Under the pieces are notes generated by a model. That model worked only from the letters and a program-made list of their open reading frames with translations. It made no database searches and was not told where the DNA came from. A stretch of DNA of 64,000 nt from Octopus sinensis (Eukaryota). Of this stretch, positions 26,010 through 37,120 are shown one piece after another. Location of the stretch: assembly GCF_006345805.1 (NCBI RefSeq), contig NC_043000.1:95666001-95730000 (forward strand). Direction: 5' to 3'. Position 1 is the stretch's first letter; the number at the start of each line of letters is the position of its first letter. Both the position numbers and the translations under genes were made by a program.

Positions 26010-27131
26010 TCACCTTTTGGCAAGCCGAAGTACTATACCAGATTTAGAACCAATGACCTTCCACTCAGGATCATTGGGATCATCCTCAGTAGTTGAAGCG
26101 GAGGAACTGCTGGGCAGTGGAGAGCATGGATGGCTGCTTCCAGGTGTTGCTAGTTCAGCTTGAGAAATTTCTGGAGAGGTCGTTGAAGGGTTTTTCTGTA
26201 CTTCCACTGAGGAATTTCCTATATGTAATTTTTCAACGTCTTCTTCACTAAGAGGGAATGTCCGTGGAACCCAAGGTTCAACACATAAATGCTCAAACAT
26301 TTCATGAGAGATGGTCATGTTTTCATCATCATATGAAAAACGATCTGTTCTTGACACAGAACTACTCCGGCGTCTACCAATCTGCTCGTCATTACATCTT
26401 AGTAACTGACCAGCAGAGTAAGTGGTTGGAGTAGAAGGGCGAGTCTGTAAACAACTGTCTAATGAAAAAGCTTGAGGAGGAGTCAACTTAGATGAATGAT
26501 GAAGTGTTGATGATGCTGGCGATAGCTTATAACCTGCCAGCATCTGATGAGAATGTTCTGCTCCTTCTGATTTCAAAAGAGTTTGTTCAAAAGACTGCTT
26601 TTTAGAACCACTTGCTGACTGACAGGATGTGAGCAGACTCTGTTGGTGTTTGTTATTGACATCCCCCATTTCTTCACGATGTAAAGAGGATTTGTCTAAC
26701 ACATTTTGTTGGTTTTCCAGCTGTTTTAATTCATCAGATGCGTCGTCTATTGATGCAAAGAAAGACTTTGACTCAGTGACAGATTGCATTGAAGGATGTT
26801 TGTGTAGGTTTGGGTTTGTAACAGACTGGGAAGGGGATTGAACCTGTAATTGTAGCAAAGGTGGTAGAGGGGGAAACTGTGATGCCACTGAGTGTAAGCT
26901 TTCATTGCCATGACGGCTAGAAGTCAATGAGTGAGTCGGAGAACCAACCATAGAATTGCTGTCCATTAAGCTAACAGATTCAGGAGAAATTGGATCAGAA
27001 TCATCTAACCTCACAGAGCGATTACTGCGCCTGCCATGTTGAAAATATGATACAAATCTTTTCTTTTCTTGAATTTCACACTTTGCATGCCGCTGTATGT
27101 AAAGTTCATCAGATAGATCTTCTATGGGAAG
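26010..27131 (-). CDS. KANSL1: KANSL1 terminal coding exon (PEHE helix plus Ser/Pro-rich tail)
   Basis: tctttccag|CTT CCC ATA GAA GAT...AAA AGG TGA, 1122 nt. Reads LPIEDLSDELYIQRHAKCEIQEKKRF... (the PEHE EDLSD...H.KCE..E motif), ...PWVPRTFPLSEED..., and ends GIVLRLAKR*. Confidence 0.94.
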   Translation of the reverse strand, partial: LPIEDLSDELYIQRHAKCEIQEKKRFVSYFQHGRRSNRSVRLDDSDPISPESVSLMDSNSMVGSPTHSLTSSRHGNESLHSVASQFPPLPPLLQLQVQSPSQSVTNPNLHKHPSMQSVTESKSFFASIDDASDELKQLENQQNVLDKSSLHREEMGDVNNKHQQSLLTSCQSASGSKKQSFEQTLLKSEGAEHSHQMLAGYKLSPASSTLHHSSKLTPPQAFSLDSCLQTRPSTPTTYSAGQLLRCNDEQIGRRRSSSVSRTDRFSYDDENMTISHEMFEHLCVEPWVPRTFPLSEEDVEKLHIGNSSVEVQKNPSTTSPEISQAELATPGSSHPCSPLPSSSSASTTEDDPNDPEWKVIGSKSGIVLRLAKR

Positions 27132-27404
27132 CTGGAAAGAAATAAAAGTTTATTATATTCAAATATTCATCACTGAACTACTATTGAAAACAGCTATAAC
27201 AAAGAAGGATGTAATACAATCACTAATATTATTTCATTATATTAAGTGAATCAATTAGAGTAAAATGATTCTGGCCAATTTAGTTAGAATTATCAACATC
27301 CTCAATATTTTGCATGACATGAAAGGATTACAACTAGAATAAGGCAAATTGAACTGATTTTGCTTAGATTGAAAAACTTTTGGATAATGAATTTGTTGAA
27401 AATA

Positions 27405-27865
27405 ATTTGGTCATGTGATGCATATGGATGGGGACAACAACATAAAGCGTCGAGCTCTAATTGTGGAAGGAACCTGTGGAAGGGATAGACCCAGAGGACA
27501 CGGGACGAAGTGGTGAGAAAGTATCTTCAGACACTGGGCCTCACTGAGGAAATGGCAAGGGACTGGGAAATGTGGCAATTTGTTGTGCTTGATAAGACTC
27601 ATCAAGTAAAAACCGGTGTCCTCCATAAACATGGGCTTGTCCTTTCATGTGCCAGTGCCACTTAAAAAGAACTCATGCCAGTGCTGTGTAAACACACATA
27701 AAAAGTACCCAGCACGCACTTAAGTGGTTGGGTTAGGAAGGGCATCCAGCTGTAAAAACCATGTCACAACAGACAATTGTAGTCTGGACAACTCCCAGCT
27801 AGCCAACTACATGTCAAACCATCCAACCCATGCCAGCATAGAAAACAGACATTAAATGATGATGA
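27405..27865 (+). mobile_element. Older 5'-truncated RTE LINE end (ORF C-terminus plus tail)
   Basis: GHVMHMD...VEGTCGRDRP...DEVVRKYLQTLGLTEEMARD is homologous to the C-terminus of the 31069..32286 ORF. It is followed by the shared ...GGAAGGGCATCCAGCTGTA...(GAT)n tail. Confidence 0.8.
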
Positions 27866-28295
27866 GTCTATGAAGAAAACATAGAAATCATAAGACATTA
27901 ATCTAGTGCTACTGTCACAAGTGGCTATTTAAGTATAGTGGCTAATATCAAAAGTTTATGTGAAGATGAATATTATCCATATAAATTACTAGGATATATT
28001 GCAACAACAGCACTTTTACAACACAAATTGTCTCAAATTACATGAGCCATGAACTAACAATGTGTACTATTTTGAAGACCAAAAAAATTGCAGTAAGCAA
28101 GCTAGAATAATCTATTATGCTTTATATGCAAAATCTTGTTTTTTCAGTATAAATCCAACATCTTCAAAAAGAAAAAAGTTATATAAATACATGGAGTTAG
28201 AGAGGAACAAAACAATTGTAAAGTTCTTAAATTTATTTTCACTAATCTTGTTTTTCTTAATGATTTTTAATAAATTCAATTGTATGATACCATAC

Positions 28296-28485
28296 CTCAT
28301 CATCCTCAGCATCATTTGTCTCAGTTTCATCATCACTTTCATTCTTAATATGAGCTGGAACTATGATACCATTGGTCTTGCCAGAAATAGCTTCCTTTAT
28401 TGTGGTACAAGGAGACTTTACAGATGAATTGATTCCTTCAGTTTCAGTTTTAGACTCAGAAGAATCTTCTCCAATTTCTCGCCAC
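28296..28485 (-). CDS. KANSL1: KANSL1 internal exon (190 nt)
   Basis: ttaccag|G TGG CGA...GAT GAG|gtatgg completes TPK-W of the PEHE domain: WREIGEDSSESK...NDAEDDE. Confidence 0.9.
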
Positions 28486-29060
28486 CTGGTAAACAATAAT
28501 ATTTTCTTTATAAAGATATGAAATTTAAGAAATGATTTAAAATTACATTACATCAATAAATTTATTTGGATACATTTAACCTTTTAACCCATGAACTGGA
28601 AGTTTAAATTCATAAACTCAAAGCTGACCAAAAAAATCCAAGAAAAACAAGGAGAAACTACAATCGTGGAAGTTTACAATTGTTCAATGATGAAGTGAAT
28701 TATAATTAAATTACAGTGTTTTTAAAATACAAGTAAAATATTTCAAGCAAAAGGGTCCCTAAGAGTCTCAAATACTGAACAGCAGGTACTTTTTAACCCT
28801 TTAGCATTCAAATTACTGTGTCAAATGTCATGCTTATTTATTCATGTTTTGAATTTATTTAAAGAATAATATTCTAAGATAGGTTTGAGAGGCTAGATCT
28901 AGCCAGTTTTAAATGTTAAAGAGTTAAGCAAGGTATCTTATTGTATTTACTGGGTAATGATCTAATTCTATGTTGCAATCCTACAAGAGATATTCTCATA
29001 ATGGCAGTGTTTCCCCTGTCTTATATTTCTCTATAGGTAAAGTTATTTATAAAAACTCAC

Positions 29061-29331
29061 TTTGGCGTTACTATTTCTTTATATTGTAACTTTTCGACTC
29101 TGGTAGAAGCAGCCATACTATACGGAATGACAATATTATTGATATCAAAGGCACTCTCCCCACGTCTTTTCCTTAATGTAGCTTCCTTCATTTCTTTAAA
29201 AGTATATGAAGGAAAATTCATTGCAGACGAAGCATCTTTCAAACCAGAGGATTCAGAGGTCATTCTAAACCTCCGCTTTCCAAGTCTGCCGCTGCCCAAT
29301 GAAAGAGAACGCGAAGGTAATTTCTTCAGAG
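29061..29331 (-). CDS. KANSL1: KANSL1 internal exon, start of the PEHE region
   Basis: gttcacag|CT CTG AAG...CCA AA|gtgag, 271 nt. Contains [38 protein letters not shown], a strongly conserved KANSL1/NSL1 motif. Confidence 0.96.
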
Positions 29332-30339
29332 CTGTGAACAAAAAAAAAATAAAATAAGCTTAAAAATGCTGTTTAAATAAACAAAATCAATGAACAATTC
29401 AAATAGTACCAATTTAATTTATCATTATTAAATACAACTCCTTATTAGCCTATCAATATCTCCAAGATTAAATAATTGAGGAAAAAAGAGAAAATACATT
29501 ATATACACCTATATCTAATTTTCTTTCCTTACTACTAACCAACACACACACACTCTTCTCCCGCCATTAGACCCGTCCCTACCACTCGGTATTGACATCA
29601 CCTTGTCCCCTTCCTATCACTTTCTACCTCTATCATGTAGCTCATGCTGTACCAATAACAAACATGTAGTTATTTCCTTTCATTTTTCATACTGTACATT
29701 CTGGTTTTCTCCCTTTATTCTTTTATCCATCAACTTCGTTTTTTGACATTGAATAAACAGAAACAGTGTAAAATAGTGATGTAGAGAGAACTCTTTAGTC
29801 TTGAAACGTCTCTAGAATTAGTGCTTCAATAGAATGTATATCATGCACTCATTGGTTGGTCTCGAGGAAAAGTATCCAGCTGTAGAACTCATGCCAAAAA
29901 TGCAAGATACAGCAAAGTGTTCTCCAAATAGGAACTGACTTACGCCATAAAGGTAAGCACAGAGAAATGTAAAACAATGATGAAACTCGATATTTAAGTA
30001 GGTCAAACTGCATAACATCTAGCAAAGTTAAGAATTATCTCCCCTTCTTGCCAGTGCTGGTACACTGACAAATGCAAACATGCTGCAGTTTCTCTGAAGA
30101 TAATTTCCAAAATATTAAAGAAGTATAATTTATTTTCAAGGATTCTAGACCAAAATTTCCTGACTACTAGGTCCAACAAAACTATCACAGAAAAAGTAAA
30201 CTGCAGAACAGAGCTATTTTTAAATGTAAGTTATATTTGAAAATAACTATCAAAACAGAAAAAGCATAAAATTAAAATTGCCAAACCAAATAGTCATATG
30301 CTATAAGATGAATACCTACTAGTCATTTGATTAACTCAC

Positions 30340-30531
30340 CAATAGCCAACTGTGCTGCCCTGCGTTTCTTGATTTCAGTTCTACAGAGACGTTTATCTGT
30401 CACTTTGTTTTGTGGAGTTGTAGGCAGAGAGGACGATGTGGCTGATGATGTGGTCATAGTCAGTGAGACAGGTGAAGTTGAAGGTGGACGAGATTTCTGT
30501 ACAGGTTTTTTGTCATATCGACTTCTGAATT
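30340..30531 (-). CDS. KANSL1: KANSL1 internal exon (192 nt)
   Basis: ttttcag|AA TTC AGA...ATT G|gtgagt reads (K)FRSRYDKKPVQKSRPPSTSPVSLTMTTSSATSSSLPTTPQNKVTDKRLCRTEIKKRRAAQLAI. It is stop-free and phases 1/1 fit the neighbours. Confidence 0.85.
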
Positions 30532-30538
30532 CTGAAAA

Positions 30539-33046
30539 TTGGAGATGCCACTATGAAAGTTTGCTGAATAAAGAAAATGAATGGGATAAAGAGAGTCTGC
30601 CAAATGTTGACCCAACAGAGGGACCAGCTATCCGAGTTGATAGTTCCGTAGTAGCTAAGGCAGTTAGGAGCATGAAGACAGGGAAAGCCCCAGGCCCATC
30701 AGGAATTACTGCAGAGATGCTCAAAATATCTGGCAGTGTCGGCTATAACCTAGTCACCCGTATAGTCAACCAGGTGATACACGAAGGAGTCATACCCAAT
30801 GACTGGTGTAGCAGCATACTAGTCAACTGCTACAAAGGTAAAGGTGATGCCCTGGATACAAATAATTACAGAGGTATCAAGCTGTTGGATCAGGTAATGA
30901 AGGTTACGGAGAGGGTCTTAGCCCAACTAATTAGAGAGAGAGTTAGTTAGATGAGATGCAGTTTGGGTTTGTCCCAGGGAAAAGCACCACTGATGCTATA
31001 TTCCTGGTAAGGCAGCTGCAGGAGAATACCTAGCCAAGGATAAGCCCCTGTACCTGGCTTTTGTTGACATGGAGAAAGCCTTTGATAGGGTCCCCCGATC
31101 CCTCATCTGGTGGTCAATGAGGAAACTAGGGATAGATGAATGGCTGGTGAGGGCTGTGCAAGCCATGTACAGAGATGCCGTAAGTAAGGTTAGAGTTGGC
31201 AACATGTACACAGAAGAATTCAAAGTAGAGGTTGGGGTCCACCAGGGTTCAGTACTCAGCCCCCTCCTATTTATCATAGTCCTCCAGGCAATAACGGAGG
31301 AATTCAAGTCCGGTTGCCCCTGGGAGCTCCTCTATGCTGACGACCTCGCTCTAATCGCTGAGTCACTATCAGAACTGGAGGAGAAGTTCCAGGTGTGGAA
31401 GGAGGGTTTAGAATCGAGGGGCCTTAGAGTCAACCTAGCTAAAACCAAAGTACTAATAAGTAGAAAGGTAGAAAACCCACAAATATCATCAGGAAGATGG
31501 CCCTGTTCGATCTGTAGAAAAGGTGTAGGTAGAAACTCTATAAGATGTACCCAGTGTAAGCTATGGACACATAAGAGGTGCAGCAATGTCAAAGGTAGGC
31601 TAACTGGGAAGATAGTTTTTGTATGTGGCAGGTGCTCTGGAGCACTGACCTCCGAAAATCTGCAGAAAACAACTTCTGTCACTTTCCGGGGGGAAAAACT
31701 AGAAGTAGTTGATAGTTTCCGCTATCTAGGTGACCAAGTCAGTAGTGGGGGTGGGTGCGCTGAAAGTGTAACTGCTAGAATAAGAATAGCCTGGGCAAAG
31801 TTTAGGGAGCTCTTACCTCTGCTGGTGACTAAAGGCCTCTCGCTCAGAGTAAAAGGCAGACTGTATGATGCATGTGTACGAACAGCTATGCTACATGGCA
31901 GTGAAACATGGGCCGTGACTGCTGAGGACATGCGTAAGCTCGTGAGGAACGAAGCCAGTATGCTCCGATGGATGTGTAATGTCAGTGTACTTACTCGACA
32001 GAGCGTTAGTACCTTGAGAGAAATGTTGTACCTAAGAAGCATCAGTTGTTGTGTGCAAGAGAGACGATTGCGCTGGTATGGTCATGTGGCGAGAATGGAT
32101 GAAGAGAGGTGTGTGAGAAAGTGCCAATCCCTAGCAGTTGAGGGAACCCGTGGAAGAGGTAGACCCAGGAAAACCTGGGACGAGGTGGTGAAGCACGACC
32201 TTCGGACGTTAGGTCTCACCATGGAAATGACTAGAGACCGAGACCTATGGAAGTATGCTGTGCGTGAGAAGACCCGGCAAGACTAGTGAAGCCATAATCC
32301 GTGGCCCCTACCTGGGACGTAGTCAGTCCACCTGTGCATACCTTCCTTCTTGTGACACTTGTGAAGACCTGTTGAGGCAGTGAGAATCGAATCGAATCGT
32401 ATCAAATCAAATCGAACCAAATCAAAATAGATGAACATCAATGGAATTTGTATCCTTGTGGTACCAGTGCCGGTGGCACATAAGAAAACCATCCGAACGT
32501 GACCGTAGCCAGTACCGCAATGACTGGCCTCCGTGCTGAGGGCACGTAACAAACACCATCCGAGCGTGGCCGTCCACCAGCCTCGTCTAGCACCTGTGTC
32601 GGTGACACATAAGAAAACACCATCCGAGCGTGGCCGTCTGCCAGCCTCGTCTGGCACCTGTGTCGGTGGCACATAAAAAACACCATCCGAGCGTGGCCGT
32701 CTGCCAGCCTCGTCTGGCACCTGTGTCGGTGGCACATAAAAAAAAAAACACCATCCGAGCGTGGCCGTCTGCCAGCCTCGTCTGGCACCTGTGTCGGTGG
32801 CACATAAAAAACACCATCCGAGCGTGGCCGTCTGCCAGCCTCGTCTGGCACCTGTGTCGGTGGCACATAAAATCACCCACTACACTCTCGGAGTGGTTGG
32901 CGTTAGGAAGGGCATCCAGCTGTAGAAACACTGCCACATCTGACTGGCCTGGTGCAGCCTTCGGGCTTCCCGACCCCAGTTGAACCGTCCAACCCATGCT
33001 AGCATGGAAAGCGGACGTTAAACGATGATGATGATGATGATGATGA
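30539..33046 (+). mobile_element. Young 5'-truncated RTE-clade LINE (RT, PHD-like finger, 3' UTR array, (GAT)n tail), antisense to KANSL1
   Basis: Continuous RT homology from WRCHYESLLN through QFGFVPGKSTTDAIF, FVDMEKAFDRVP, GVHQGSVLSPLLF and LLYADDL to the stop at 32286. Only two 1-nt frameshifts occur (about 30948 and 31026). CpGs are retained and the element ends in (GAT)7-8. Confidence 0.96.
32554..32872 (+). repeat. Tandem array of five 63-68 bp units in the RTE 3' UTR
   Basis: Units CACCATCCGAGCGTGGCCGTCTGCCAGCCTCGTCTGGCACCTGTGTCGGTGGCACAT(A)n start at 32554, 32618, 32681, 32749 and 32812. Confidence 0.95.
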
Positions 33047-33386
33047 ATAGAAACCAGTTAATACTTGACAATCTCCAACATATTTCTGCAATTGTAAACC
33101 TCTTCCCAAATATACATATATATTTATTCATACACAAAGTAAATGTAATTTATCAGTTGTTAATTTTCTGCTACAATGGTTAAGAGTTAGTTGCACATTT
33201 CTAGAAATGTGCTGGAAGAACCATCTATTTTATCCAAGATGGGTATAATTAGAGTATGCAGCACTGTCAAGATACAAGAGATATCACTAATGACAGGATA
33301 AGAATCATTAAGTCATTTTCATATCCATTTAGTGATTCTATTTATTTAAAGAAATAAATTTAATAAGTATTTCTAAAGACACTTAC

Positions 33387-33469
33387 TAGCTGATGACAGC
33401 AACACTGCTGCAGCATTTTTCAACTTTTTGCTGGTACGCCGAGCTTCATTTTGTAAAAGTTTTTGCCTT
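33387..33469 (-). CDS. KANSL1: KANSL1 internal exon (83 nt)
   Basis: atttccag|A AGG CAA...GCT A|gtaagt reads (R)RQKLLQNEARRTSKKLKNAAAVLLSSA. Phases 2/1 fit both neighbours. Confidence 0.85.
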
Positions 33470-33783
33470 CTGGAAATATAAATGATCAGAATCAAGTTGT
33501 GTAAAATGCTTGAAGTCAAATACCTGTAAGTAAAGCTTTACAGGGCTAAATTTAAAACAGAATTTAAAAAAAAAATATTCTAAAATTAAATTTTTATATT
33601 TTTTCATATACTTGTACACAAGTGACAAAGTTCAACCCTGTGTGATTCTCACTGCCTAAATTCAGAAAATTATATTATATTAGCCACGTGAAAATAAAAC
33701 ATACATATGCTGTTTGTGATTCTTCCTACCTCCCACTTTTACACAAATTACCATGAAACTGATACTTTAGATATCAAATGTAA

Positions 33784-36598
33784 ACTTTTTCATTACATAG
33801 ACAAGCACTATATGAATTATGTATGGTTAGTTTTTAACTTTAAATTGCTTTATTTTACATTAAATAACTAATTTAATATAAACTGATACAGAAGTGAATG
33901 AAATTTAAATATATATATTTCCCCAAGATTGGTTACTAAATCGACTGACTTGATTTTAATGCAAATAATCTATGAGTTCCATGCATTGAATGAAACGTCC
34001 TTCATTTAAAGGATTACTTTACTCTATGACTTCCTATCTGCCAACATTAACCACATTCAAAATGTGCCCTTTATTAAGCTTTTAGCATTCACATTACTCA
34101 TTAAATTAGATGCTTATTTATTTGCATTGTTTTGAAATAATCATGCATTATCTCATAGCTTTGAGATTTCATGATGTCATAGTTTATTTTTAGAATGATA
34201 TTGTAGAGTTTGTGTAAGAGGCTGGATCTGGCCAGCTTGAACATGAAGCAGGTAGGATACTTCGGCTGAATATGGTAGGTTTCAATGCTAAATATCTATT
34301 CACTGTGCAAGAATCTCAAATTGGTTACATTCATTTATACACTTAAATCTTCACCTACAAAGAGGTGCAAATTTTACCAGTTCAGATTAATGAACAATTC
34401 TTAAAAAACAAGACAAATTATTATGAGTTACTAATAGAGGTCAGAGAGTGAATCATGATCACCACTCAACCATTTACTATAGCATACAAGACAACATCGC
34501 ATAATGATGGGCACTAAAGGAATCGGTCAATATGACTGCATTCAGACATAATAGAAAAAGCCTAAGACGGATGAGTGAAAAACTGCCTCGTCCTAATATT
34601 AGCAAAGTAAGACGGAAACAAGTGAGTTAGATAACAGGATTTTGCTTCACACCGAAAAGATGACAGAAGATGAGAAGTGATGATATACTGTGCAGCAGAT
34701 CTCTCTAAATCAAGTCAGCAAGGAAAAACCGATGTTAAACGATGCAAATATCACACAATAACATTTTACTTCTCATAAACTTAATAAAGGTTGGGAGCTT
34801 ACTCTTAACACCTATGACTTAGCAAACCTCTAAAACCCAAATTACACCCATCCCATGCTAAATCAGACATTCACCTGTAAAAACGTAATTGCATCTACTT
34901 AAATTGCTCCCATTTTTATCACTTTCTATGTTATCACAAGTAAATACTACTGAAGAAGCTGTAATTTACATTTTTTTTTATACAAAACTTTACCAAGTGA
35001 AATAAAAATAAAGCACCCTGACACACACAAAACAGTAGAGTAAAATATGGATACATACAAACAAGAAATCAAAATTTATATTTTAAAAAAATCACATACA
35101 CACACAAAATAAATTTCAGTCAAAAACCACCCAGAAAATTAACCATAACACCATACTTAGTTGAAGAATTTCTGTAGGTTTCCTTTTTAATATTATTCTT
35201 TTCAGAGAAGGTTGTCTTTGTTTTTAAAACCATTGGGGAATATCACAAGGAAGAGCATAATTAAAAAAAAAAAAATCTATTTTCATCTTATCTCTAATTT
35301 CTACACACACCACAGGAACCAATCTATTCAAGTAAATTTCTAAGACTTCAATTTTATTTGCATTGCTTGTGATATTCATAAATACTTATGCCCACTCAAC
35401 TAAAATGAAATTGAAACATTTTATTAGTATTTTAGATATACCTAGAGACAGAAACCTTTCAAAAACATTTCTGAATTTAGCTGAATGTCAGTCATGTTGT
35501 ATGTTAATCACTTTTGAGAAAAATGAGCAGTGATAAGAGAATCATTCATATAAGCCGTTTTATACAAAAACTGTATACCAAAAGTTACAAATAACAGTTA
35601 TCACCATCATGCTTGCATGGGTTAGATGAATTTGTTGAAACAGATTTCCTTAGGTCTTCCAGTTACAAACACTCAACTGTTTCTTAGCAAGATAATATTT
35701 CCTCTTGGTCAGATATGGAAATGAATAACGCCATTTGTATGATGTTTGTTTACAACCAACACAGCCTTTTTCAGTCTCTGCCTATTAAATCCATTCACAA
35801 GGCTTCGGTCACAGCCTGAGGTTATAGAAGAAAACACCCAGGATCCAAATACCGCTAGGAAGCAAACTTCTCAACTGCACAATCACATCTGCATTTTTTT
35901 TTTTTATTCAATATGTTTCATAACGGTATAATTACAGAATGGTAATCACCTACCAGGAAGCATTTTTCTTGTACAAGTTAGCAGAACATGATGACATTTT
36001 AATTGATATACTATGTAGGTCGTGTTTATAAGAAAGTACAGTACAAATGAAATGTCCTTCATTTAAAGGATTACTTCACTCTATGACCTCCTTTCTGCCA
36101 ACATTAACCACACCCAAAGTGTTCTTAAGCCCTTTATCAACCCTTTAACGTTCACATTACTCATCAAATTTGATGCTTATTTATTCACACTGTTTTGAAA
36201 TAATCATGCATTATCTCATAGCTTTGAGATTACAATGATGCCATAGTTTATTTTTAGAATGACAGTGTAGAGTTGATGTAAGAGGCTGGATCTGGTCAGT
36301 TTGAACATAAAACAGGTAGAATACTTGGGCTGGATATGGCCAGTTTAAATGCTAAAGGGTTAAAAACCACACGAATCATACTGCCCTCAATTCAATGCAT
36401 GGAACTCATAGGCTACTTGCATAAAAATCAAGTCAATCGATTTAATAACCAATCCTAAGGAAACGCGTATATTTAAATTTCATTCACTTCTGTATCTTTT
36501 TATATTAAATTAGGTATTCAATCTAAAATAAAGCAATTTACAATTTAAAAACAAACAATACATAATTCATATAGTGCTTGTCTATGTAATGGAAAAGT
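33784..36598. repeat. Local duplication with partial inversion (A-B ... B'-A' inverted)
   Basis: 33784-33991 is the reverse complement of 36390-36598. 33988-34290 is a direct repeat of 36047-36363. Confidence 0.9.
36141..36359 (+). mobile_element. piggyBac-type MITE (~220 bp)
   Basis: TIRs CCCTTTA(A/G)C.TT...AATGCTAAAGGG, with TTAA on the right and TCAA on the left. Related copies lie at 15007-15227, 34075-34290, 28797-28925 and 10766-11190 (the last split by a SINE). Confidence 0.8.
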
Positions 36599-36779
36599 GG
36601 CAACATCAATTAACAAAGAAATGAGAAAAAGATAAATGGAGCAGCAGATGGGGTCTTAACAGGTACAAAATAGGCAAAATGTTCAAATATGTCTATATAT
36701 ATATATATATGTATTCCAACATCTACCAATCCATTCCTGCCTTTATTTGAATGTACATTTTGTCTTGTTTGCAACAAGA

Positions 36780-37120
36780 GGTTGGGTCTTCTACCACATA
36801 GCATCTATCCCCTTGGTGAGATGCAACATTGTGAGATCAATCTCAGCCGACATTACTTCATCTGATATCTCTAATATCCAGTTATATTCTCACCTTACTC
36901 ATGCTTCTTTACACAAACAGTAAAGCATACCTAATTCATTTCTTTCTGATCTTTTCAAATCCTTTGCATTCAAGACCTACTTCTCACCACCGTATAGCAT
37001 CATACCTTTCTTACAAGAATTACACAATCTGCCTTTCACACTGAGGGAGAAATTTTTGTTCCGGTAGAGCTAATAATTTCTTGAACTTTATCCAACCTGC
37101 TTATATTCTGGCCACTGTTT
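36780..37120 (-). mobile_element. Highly decayed RTE LINE fragment
   Basis: The minus-strand translation VARI*AGWIKFKKLL...SLSVKGRL...MMLYGGE aligns to TARIRIAWAKFRELL...SLRVKGRL...MLHGSE of the young RTE. Confidence 0.7.

Noticed and set aside
30327-30540. N-terminal part of the 207-aa + strand ORF as LINE protein
   Set aside because: It is the antisense read-through of the KANSL1 exon. RTE homology starts only at about 30539 (WRCHYES).
32554-32872. CRISPR array or guide-RNA array
   Set aside because: The units are near-identical end to end with no unique spacers, there are no cas-like genes, and the array lies inside a eukaryotic LINE 3' UTR.
32283-32997. Overlapping 117-197 aa ORFs (also 61112-61860)
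   Set aside because: They are translations of the GC-rich tandem array with periodic peptide repeats in several frames at once, and they show no domain signal.
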